A stretch of 64,000 nt of DNA from Eledone cirrhosa (taxonomy: Eukaryota), in NCBI GenBank assembly GCA_964016885.1, contig OZ024749.1, positions 35,898,001 to 35,962,000 of the forward strand, read 5' to 3'. Each line of letters begins with the position of its first letter. Positions within the stretch are counted from its first letter, which is position 1. The position numbers and the translations under genes are program-made. Shown piece after piece: positions 53,731 to 64,000 of the stretch. Below the pieces are notes generated by a model. It saw only the letters and a program-made list of their open reading frames with translations, was not told the origin of the DNA and searched no databases.

Positions 53731-54450
53731 CCTTGGCACCACGATTATCACTACTGTCATCACCACCACCATCACCAACATAATCATCATGACTGCCACC
53801 ATCACCACCACTATAATCATCACCATCACCATCATCATCACCAACATAATCATCATAACTACCACCATCACCACCACTATAATCATCACCATCATCATCA
53901 CCAACATAATCATCATGACTGCCACCATCACCACCACTATAATCATCACCATCATCATCATCATCGCCAACATAATCATCATAACTACCACCATCACCAC
54001 CACTATAATCATCACCATCACCATCATCATCACCAACATGATCATCATAACTACCACCATCACCACCACTATAATCATCACCATCATCATCATCATCGCC
54101 AACATAATCATCATAACTACCACCATCACCACCACTATAATCATCACCACCACCATCACCAACATAATCATCATAACTACCACCATCACCACCACTATAA
54201 TCATCACTATCACCACCACCATCACCAACATAATCATCATAACTACCACCATCACCACCACCACTATAATCATCACCACCACCACCACCAACATAATCAT
54301 CATAACTGCCACCACTAGCAGAACCACTCCCTTCACTACCACTATCACCACCATCACCACAACCATCACTACCACCACCACCATCACCACCACTACTACC
54401 ACCATCACCACCACCACCACCATCACCACCACCACCACCACCACCACCAC
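53731..54450. repeat. Degenerate CAC/CAT trinucleotide minisatellite (about 48-60 bp units)
   Basis: Recurring caccaacataatcatcataactaccaccatcaccaccactataatcatcacc. Confidence 0.9.
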
Positions 54451-55127
54451 ATCAATGCTGCCACTATCTTCTGTGAAGTTCCTGTTGAGCTGCTCAACTG
54501 CCTCTGTTGGCAAACTTTCACAGTCCTTATTAACAATATCATTAGAGAAATAATCGAAGTTGGCAAGCAATTGTCTCGTTAATGTATAACTAAATGATTA
54601 GTACAAGCTTCTCATAGACTTGTATCTTCTGGTCAGTCAGTCTTAGCTCAGCATGTGTGGTGGTTGGTACATGTGCTAGTGAAGGGTTTATTACTAGAGC
54701 TAATTGATATACTGGGTTTACAGGGCATCTACTAGTGAAGTGGTTGGTACACTGGGTTTATAGGCCATCTGCTAGTGAAGAGGTTGAAATACTGTGTTTA
54801 TAGGTCATCTACTAGTGAAAGGGTGGTACACTGCATTTATAAAAAAAGAAGATAAAGAACCATTAACTCCTGATAGAGACTTCAGCATTTTAAACCTGGC
54901 AGTGCCCATTCCTCTCTGAGAGAGAAAGAAATTGATAAAGAGATTATAAAGGAAGAATTGACTCCCAGTACTGGACTAGTACTTTATTTATCAACCTTGA
55001 AAGGATAAAAGGTAAAGTTAATCTGGATGGGATTTGAACTCAAAGTCGGATGAGCCAGAACAAATACTGGGATATTTTAATCTGGTGCCCTAACAACTCT
55101 GCCAATTAGCTGCCTTGTGTATTTATC

Positions 55128-55159
<32 letters not shown>

Positions 55160-55520
55160 ATAATTGTTTCTACTTTTGGGACAGTGTCCATAATTTTTTC
55201 CTGTTGACTTTTCTTCTCTCTCTCTCTCTTTATATATATATATATTATGGATATATATATATATATATATATGAATAAAGTTAGTCCTTCATCAGTGATC
55301 TTCCAACCATCATTGGTATTTCATCGCTTTAAAGACCAGTTATACCTCTGGTTGGTGCGAGCAACGGCTAAAAATGTCGTTGGGACACGTAAATAAAGGG
55401 GACACGAGAGTGTAAACAAACAAAGATGGTGAAGCAACGAAAAGTGAGGAAGAGAGAGTCAAGTCCCAAATTTCCATGAATATAAGTTCGGTGAAATCGT
55501 GAATGAGCGAGATATATTAT

Positions 55521-55862
55521 GGAGGCACATGGCTTAGTGGTTAGAGCATTGGCCTTGCAATCGAAAGGTTGTGAGTTCAATTCTCAGACCGGGTGATGTG
55601 TTGTTTCCTTGAGCAAGACACTTTATTTCACATTGCTCCAGTTTACTCAGCTGTAGAAATGAGATGATAGGGACTGGGGTCCCTATCATTCCACTGCAAA
55701 GTGGTCGTGGAGGTGCTACGGCAAAAAAGCACCCAGCACTCACTGTAAATGAGGTTGGTGTTAGGAAGGGTATCCAGCTGTAGAAATCAAGCCAGCATCA
55801 GTTCCCGTCCCACCCTTGCAAGCAGGGAAAAAGCAGACATAAAATGAAATGATGATGATGAT
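55521..55862 (+). mobile_element. Full-length CORE-type SINE with RTE tail
   Basis: GGAGGCACATGGCTTAGTGG head, B-box, CCTTGAGCAAGACACTT, RTE-like tail and (GAT)n. Confidence 0.9.
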
Positions 55863-56559
55863 GATATAAAGAGAAAGAGAGAAAAGAAAAGTCAACAGGA
55901 AAAAACAATACAATAATGTGATATTAGTTTAAAACTTGGTAGAATTGGAAAAGAGTCTTAATGTTTCTGACACTAGTCCTTCATTGGAAGATAGAAACAG
56001 GGTGAAGAGGGGTTGTTTTTGAGAAAGATGAAAAAGAAAGACACGAGAGTAAAAACGAAAAAAGAGGAAGCACGTGTTATTTTTAGTCATCCATACATTG
56101 AACTTCTGTCAGTTTTTATGACAGATATTCCAGTTGTGTTGATCGGTGGAACAGTCTGCTCATTAAATTAATGTACACATGACTGAGCATTTCACAGACA
56201 TGTGTACCCTTACCCTTCTTCTCAGGGAGACTCAGCATGGCACAGTGTGTGACAAGGCTGATCTTTTGAATTACAAGTACAACAGATCTTGTATTATAGT
56301 CTAAGTGGCTTAACATTCCACAGATATGTAGTTCTCAGAGAGATTCAGCATTATATGGTGTATAACAAGGCTGAGCTTTTGAATTGTAGGTACAGTCCAT
56401 CTTGTATTATAGTCTAAGTGGCTGAGCATACCACAGACACATTTACTCTTGACATAATTCTCAGGTACAACAGGTTTTTACTACATCAGTGGAGTAGGGA
56501 GGAGCTATTATAGATGGCCAAATTGTGGTCAGTGTCCATAATTAGATTCATTTCATTTC

Positions 56560-56889
56560 ATTTCATTTTACGTCCACTTTTCCCTGCTTGCAAGGGTGGG
56601 ACGGGAACTGATGCTGGCTTGATTTCTACAGCTGGATGCCCTTCCTAACACCAACCTCATTTACAGTGAGTGATGGGTGCTTTTTTGCCATGACACCTCC
56701 ACGACCACTTTGCAGTGGAATTATAGGGACCCCAGTCCCTATCATCTCATTTCTACAGCTGAGTAAACTGGAGCAATGTGAAATAAAGTGCCTTGCTTAA
56801 GGAAACAACACATCACCCGGTCTGAGAATTGAACTCACAACCTTTCGATTGCAAGGCCAATGCTCTAACCACTAAGCCATATGCCTCCA
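56560..56889 (-). mobile_element. Full-length CORE-type SINE with RTE tail (inverted copy)
   Basis: Reverse complement of 55521-55862 with few differences. Confidence 0.9.
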
Positions 56890-59234
56890 TTGTCTCATAA
56901 ATAATGACTGTATTAAGATATTTCTGTATTTCGAGTAAATCTATTGCAACATCTTAACTGTCAACTGGTTAAATTACATTTCACACAGCTGCAACATCTA
57001 GACAGGACACAAATCTATACTAAGTTAAAGTTTACTACTACTACGACTACTGCTGCTTCTACTACTACTAGTACTACTACTACTACTACTACTACTGCTG
57101 CTGCTGCTTATACTACTACTACTACTACTGCTTCTACTACTACTACTGCTTCTGCTGCTGCTTCTACTACTACTACTACTACTACCACTTATCATTATCA
57201 AGGGCGGTTGATTATCGGTAGAACATCATACACCATGCTTTGCAGCATAGAGTTATGGCCCTTTACGTTCGGAGTTCAAATCCCACCAGGTTAACTTTGC
57301 CTTTCATTCTTACAGAGTCGATAAAATAAAGCACCAGTAATGCACTGGGGTAATTGCTGGCCTTGTGCCAAAAGTAGAAACATTATCATTATTATTAGGG
57401 TGGTGGATTGGCAGAATCGGTAGAGCATTGGACGAAATGCTTTACAGTATTTAATTATGACCTTCTGAGTTCAAATCTTGCCGAGGTCATCTTTGCCCTT
57501 CATCCTTTCAAGGTCGATAAAATAAAGTACCAGTAAAATACTCAACCACTTATACATGTACATGAAGAGCTAGTTGTAATTCAAAGAACCAGCCTTATCA
57601 TGCACTCTGTTATGCAGACTCTCCCTGAGAACTATGTTAAGAGTGCACGTGTCTATGGAATGCTCAGCCACTCGTGTCTATGGAGTGCTCAGCCACTTAT
57701 TGGTTTCACAAGGAACAATTGAATCAACTGTAACATTTGTCATTGGAACTGACGGAGGTCCAACATATAGATATCGGTTATGTTGTTGTTATAGTCAGTT
57801 CAATAATGGTTCATCAATATCAATCAATCGGTCAGTAAAGCCACCCTCACTACCCACCCCATCCCCAGTACACCACACACCCTTAACCTCTTTCTAAACA
57901 ATAGTAACTAATTAAAGAACAAAGATACAATTTCACACAATATTCAATTGTGTTTTTATTTCTCAAAATCTATTTTCAGTTGAGAGAGATGAACTGGCTG
58001 GCAGTTTTGGTATTTCATTGTTCTAGGGTCAAGCTTCACTAGAATTTCTGGCTTTTATTATTTCAAGGGCCTAAGGGTGGTGGATTGGCAGTATCGGTAG
58101 AGTGTCTGACAACATACTTTGCAGCATAGAGTTGCGGCCTTTTAAGTTCTGAGTTTAAATCCCGCTGGGGTTAGTTTTGCCTTTATCCTTGCGGGGTCGA
58201 TAAAATAAAGTACCAGTAATGTACTGAGGTCGTTTTTATCGACTTTCCCATTCCCCCAAATTGTTGGCCTTGTGCCTAAATTAGAAACCATTATTTCAAG
58301 AGCCTTAAAATAAATGCCCATGAGATACTCTAGTTAATTCTCTTAACCCTTTCAATGGCACAATACCTGAAACCATCACTGGTTCCCTGATAGACAACTA
58401 TCTATTTTAAAGTGTTCATACTTAGATGAAAATCTTCCATCCAATGTTCCCTCTAAGCTGTATAGATGTGTGACAGTGCACTCACTGTATTGATGCCATA
58501 CACAGCAAAAGGTTGCCACTCGATATTTAGGAAATATTGCAGTACAGTAACTTTGAAATATTGCAGCTCTGTAGCTTTGAATTTAAAATAGTTTTGCACA
58601 AATCATCAAATGTTTCCACTCAGTAGTTGAGAACAATTAAAGGGAACTTTGCTTCCATCTAATTTCATCTGGGAACCATTTGTTAACTCTTTCATCTCCA
58701 TATTTCTAATGAAATACATTCTATTCCAATTAATTAATGAAAATTTGTGAAAGATTTACTAAAAATTATTAATTGTTTCATTACTAAAATAGTAACTTAA
58801 CATATAATTCTTATGTTAGACAATTTAAACCTTGTTAGACGATTTAAATTTAAATTGGAACATTTTAAAAGAGCCAGTATTGTTTTATACAATCAGAGCT
58901 GGTTATGGCTAAGTTGCTATCAAAAATGTTAAATAATGTTTCTAACACCAGCTTAAATTTACTAAATTCTTTAAAATGCTTGATTATATTTAAAATTTAT
59001 TGGAGCACATTTGCAGTGTATTTCATTAAAAACATAGTAACAGATATTGTGTATTAACAGCTATAGGGGGTAGATAATAATAATAATAATAATGAAATTA
59101 TTGTGTACAGTGCTCAGGTGCACTACTACTCATCAAAGGTGCATGTATAGTACATAGAATAATGTACAAATGTCAGGAAAATGAACAGTGTATGAGTCAT
59201 GATATAATAATAATAATAATAATAATGATATATT

Positions 59235-59472
59235 ATATTAACAGTTATAGTAGGTAGATATGGTATATTAACAGTTATAAGGGGTAGTTATGGTGTATTA
59301 ACAATTATAGGAGGTAGATATGGTGTATTAACAGTTATAGTAGGTAGATATGGTATATTAACAGTTATAAGGGATAGTTATGGTGTGTTAACAATTATAG
59401 GGGTAGATATCGTGTATTAACAGTTATAGTGGTTATACATGTTATATTAACAGTTTTAGGGGTAGTTATAGT
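59235..59472. repeat. 29-30-bp minisatellite, about 8 units
   Basis: Unit tattaacagttatagtaggtagatatggt(a/g). Confidence 0.9.
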
Positions 59473-61280
59473 CCTGGAGTGGCGACCGATAGATCGTATT
59501 AGCAATTGGAAAGACCAACGGAAACATTGTTTCCTCGGTCCAATTTGACAAAAGTTGATCGACAAGAAAAAAAAAAAAAAAAAGGGTTCTGTGTAGATAT
59601 TCTACATTAACAAGTAGTGATGTAAATATTGTTTTAACCTTAATAGATTACAATCTATTTCAATTAATTATTGAAGAACTTAAAGATAATAACTGAAATT
59701 ATAATAGATTTTAATTTAAATAAGAACCTTATCAGTTGGTATTAAAGTGGTTACCAGTGATGCTGTGCATTTGCACACACACACACACATATATATACAC
59801 ATACACACATTTATATACACACACACACACACATATATATACACACATGCACACATGATGATGATGGAAGAATTATAGGGAAGTAAATATGTCAGTTTTA
59901 AAACAAAAGCAATGGGGGTAAGGAAGTGAGGTAGGGAGCCACAATGTCACTGTTGATTGATAGATTATTGATTAAATTGATTATTATTATTCATCATGTA
60001 TCTTTAATTGGCTAGTTTGTATTTTCCTGATTCCCCTTGCCAATTACACACTGTCTGATTTCTGAGAGGCTGTCATAATGACTAATTCTAGTTTAACGAA
60101 ACAGTTTGGAGACCACACCTTATTCAGGATTGATTCTACAATATTTCTTTATGTTGGTTTTTATATAATATTTAGTTTATATTTGTTTTAAATTTCACAT
60201 TGCTTAACATCCAACAAATATGAAAGGTAAACTCCCTTTTTCACTCCTTCTCTTCCTTCCCTACACACATATTTGGATTAATTAACTCTTAATATCCTTC
60301 AGAAAATATCTAAAAATAGGTTTGTTAATAAAAATATTTATAGTGTCTTTACTAGTGATCAAATTGTTGTAGAAATTTACAATATTAAAAACTTTAATAT
60401 TTAATGCAATGCAGGCATATTGCTATTTTGTTCTAAATGTTTATAATATCTTTACTCATGGAAAGATTGTTTTGAAAATTGTAATATTTCAGTAAAGTCT
60501 TTCATTTTTAATTTGATGCGGTCATAGTGTTTTTTTGTACTTTACAATGTCTCACTAATGTAGTTTCATGTGGTATAGGATGTTAAGAGTTTAAAATTTC
60601 TGACGAAAGACACTGCCTACAATTTTCAAATCATTTTGAAAATAATCAAGTATTTGGAGGGATTTAGTATTATAACTAACTTTCTTATTACTAATCTAGT
60701 GTTTGGAACATAACTTGGCATAGGTTCTTACATAAAATTATGGTAAAAGTTTTTTAGATAAATATAAACACTTGTAAACAAAGTTTTGTATTGTAGAATC
60801 AGGGGCAATTTCAGTGGGGTTAATAATAAAAAGGTTAATGATAGGAGCCCTACTCCTAACAACATCATTACAATAATGTATCTCTTGTTTTTAGAAATAA
60901 GTATACTAAGCTTGCTCTGTTGGATGTCATGTTTATATACAGTGACAAGGTAGAAATGAGTTGAGAGAAAAACTGTATCCAATCCAAACAGAGGCCTTTT
61001 CACTCCTGTTGAAGGAACCTCTCCCTGGTTGACCGCTACCGCTTTCTGTTTGGTTTTTGCTCATGTAACTGGTGCAGCCATACTCACCACGCTTGGCCAG
61101 TTGTGGGTTGGTGAAGTTATTTAACACATAGTTGTAATAGACGACCATTGACTCTGAGGAGTTCATCCACCTTTTTAACAGCTCTTATTTCTTTTTGTGC
61201 TGCTGGGGTTCTTCTTATCCACTTCACCATCCAGGAGAGACAATTATGTGAGTACAGACATATAATATGCATAGATGCAT

Positions 61281-61613
61281 GGAGGCACATGGCTTAGTGG
61301 TTAGAGCATTGGCCTTGCAATCAAAAGGTTGTGAATTCAATTCTCAGACCGGGTGATGTGTTGTTTCCTTGAGCAAGACACTTTATTTCACATTGCTCCA
61401 GTTTACTCAGCTGTAGAAATGAGATGATAGGGACTGGGGTTCCTATCATTCCACTGTAAAGTGGTCGTGGAGGTGCCACGGCAAAAAAGCACCCAGCCCT
61501 CACTGTAAAATGAGGTTGGTGTTAGGAAGGGCCTCCAGCTGTAGAAATCAAGCCAGAATCAGTTCCCGTCCCACCCTTGCAAGCAGGGAAAAAGCGGACG
61601 TAAAATGAAATGA

Positions 61614-61616
<3 letters not shown>
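61281..61616 (+). mobile_element. Full-length CORE-type SINE with RTE tail
   Basis: Near-identical to 55521-55862. Confidence 0.9.
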
Positions 61617-61655
<39 letters not shown>

Positions 61656-61705
61656 ATGTGTGTGTATATATATGGCTTTTTGCTACAATGTTTTCTATAC
61701 CTTTC

Positions 61706-61753
<48 letters not shown>

Positions 61754-62014
61754 TTAATCAACACTGTGTGTGTGTCTTTATGACATGATAAAATGCAAAG
61801 TAAACTGCCAATATACCAATTATATGACCTGGATCTGATTCCTGATTATATATATGATATATAGCTGTTAGATGTGTCAAATCTCTCTCTCTCTCTCTCT
61901 CTCTCTCCCTCTCTCTCTCTCTGATAATGTAAACCTCTCATGTATTCCCTCCCTTCTTTCTCATCTTCAATATGTAACTTAGCTATCTCTCCATATACCC
62001 CTCTCTCTCTCTTA

Positions 62015-62050
<36 letters not shown>

Positions 62051-62389
62051 ATCTCTCTCTCTTAATATATAGCTGTTGGATAGGTCCTCTTTTCCCTCTC
62101 TCTCTCTCCTCTCTCTTACTCTCTCTCTCTTTCTCTCTCTCCCTCAATATATAACTGTTATCTTTCTCTCTCACTCTCCCTAATAGTATATATTTATTAG
62201 GTGTGCCTCATCCTCCTCTCTCTCTCTCTTTCACTCTCCCTAATAATATATACCTGTTAGGTGTGCGTGCCCCTCTCTCTCCCTACACCCCCCCCCCTTT
62301 TTTTTCTCTGTCTCACTCTATCCTTTAATGATCCTCTATAATTAGGCTGCTGTAGTAGTAGTGGTATGAGGGCCTAATCAATAATACGC

Positions 62390-63920
62390 CACTGCTGCAC
62401 CACCTCCACCAACACTGCCACCACTACCACCACCACACCTTACCTCCCCACACCACCACCACCACCGCCTTCACCACCACCTCCTCACTGCCACCACCAC
62501 AACCACCTCCTCACACCACCACCACCACCACACCTTACCTCCTCACACCACCACCACCACACCTTACCTCCCCACATCACCACCACCACCTCCTCACACC
62601 ACCACCACAACCACCTCCTCACACCGCCACCACAACCACCTCCTCACACCACCACCACCACCACACCTTACCTCCCCACATCACCACCACCACCTTCACC
62701 ACCACCACCTCCTCACACCGCCACCACAACCACCTCCTCACACCGCCACCACACACTACCACCTCACACCACCACCACTACCACTAATGAGAAGGACCTC
62801 ATGCTAATTAGATTATATTGTATACTATAATATAACAAATGTTTGGTAACCAATTAGACTGTGGTGGGGAAGGGTTAATAACCATGGGGGTGTTGGCAGT
62901 GGTGGGGGTATGATGTTGATGGTAGAGTTTGGGGGAGGAGTGTGGTAGTGATGATGGTGGAGGAGTGAGGTGGTGGTGGTGTGTGGTACAGGTTGAGATG
63001 ATGGAGTGTGGTGGTGGTGGTGGTGGTGTGTGGTACAGGTTGAGACGATGGAGTGTGGTGGTGGTGGTGGTGGTGTGTGGTACAGGTTGAGACGATGGAG
63101 TGTGGTGGTTGTGGTGGTGTGAGGTAGTGGTTATGATGGTGAAGTGGGGTGACAGTGGTGGGGGTATGATGCTGATGGTGGAGTGTGGTGATGGTGGTGG
63201 TGGTGGTGGTGTGTGGTACAGGTTGAGATGATGGAGTGTGGTGGTGTGTGGTAGTGGTTATGATGGTGAAGTGGGGTGACAGTGGTGGAGTATGATGCTG
63301 ATGGTGGAGTGCGGTGATGGTGGTGGTGGTGTGTGGTACAGGTTGAGATGATGGAGTGCGGTGGTGGTGGTGTGTGATACAGGTTGAGATGAGGTGTGAT
63401 GATGGTGGTGGTGGTGGTGGTGGAGTGTGGTGTTGGTGGTTTAGGTGGGGTGTTGCTGTTAGACATTTCTTCACCTGCTGAACTTAACAGTGTCTTGGAA
63501 TGACTGCTGAACACTGAAGTACTTGATGAATTGGTGGTGGTGGTGGTGTGTAGTGGTGGAGGGGTTGTGAGGTTGATGATGGTGGTGAGGTTTTACTGTG
63601 GTAAGGAGGGTGGGTGATAGGTGTTGGGGGTAGAGGTGATGTTATGCTGTTGATGACAGTGGTAGTGAGGAGTGATGGGATGGTGGTGGTGGTGAGGACT
63701 GATGGGGTGGTGGTGGTGGTGGTGGTGATGTTAGTGAGGAGTGATGGAAGGAAGATGGTGGCAGTGGTGAAGAGTGATGGAATGGTGATGGTGGTGAGGA
63801 CTGATTGGATGGTGGTAGTGGTGGTGAGGGAGTGATGGTGTTGATGGGGTGGTGGTGTTTGTGTGGAGTGATGGGATGATGGTGGTGGTGGTAGAGAGTG
63901 ATAGGATGGTGGTGAAGGTC
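62390..63920. repeat. Low-complexity block: (CAC)n-rich tract followed by (GTG)n-rich tract with a tgtggtacaggttgagatgatggag subrepeat
   Basis: C-rich over 62390-62785 and G-rich over 62885-63920. Confidence 0.85.
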
Positions 63921-64000
63921 TTAATGTGTGTGTGTTTATGTTATAGAATGTATGACAGAGTATTCCATGCTGTAATTACTTTGTTAGTTTACTTCTATCA

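Noticed and set aside
55521-55595. tRNA genes at SINE heads
   Set aside because: A/B boxes are present but run directly into SINE bodies in many copies, so these are tRNA-derived heads rather than tRNA genes.
62875-63920. His/Pro/Thr-rich minus-strand protein
   Set aside because: The C/A-rich repeat strand lacks stops in all frames, and there is no preferred frame or solid splice structure.

Overview
This is an AT-rich, microsatellite-saturated animal genomic window. The repeat types (tRNA-derived SINEs, RTE LINEs, dense (TA)n/(CA)n/(GAT)n) suggest a mollusc, probably an octopus; this is inference. Almost all ORFs in the supplied track are simple-repeat artefacts or transposon fragments. The host-gene signal is sparse: an NRF1/ETS-type promoter with a non-coding first exon near 19.4 kb, and a coding exon at 53110-53272 whose 47-aa peptide resembles the N-terminus of invertebrate TMEM126, implying a first intron of about 33.6 kb. 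Mobile DNA includes a decayed, near full-length Naiad-type Penelope-like element (RT + GIY-YIG, minus strand, about 15.3-19.2 kb). There are also CRE, R4/Dong-like, CR1/L2-like and RTE LINE fragments, two non-autonomous Helitrons, TTAA-flanked MITEs, a 78-bp Tc1/mariner-like MITE, several SINE families and many minisatellites. The most notable signal is a set of type I hammerhead ribozyme folds: one 3' of the Penelope ORF, a back-to-back pair inside a 345-bp near-perfect palindrome, one at 22.2 kb, and several decayed copies. Many sit in short fold-back elements next to (TA)n tracts, suggesting a non-autonomous ribozyme/fold-back retroelement system. All family assignments are motif recognition by eye; no database searches were run.
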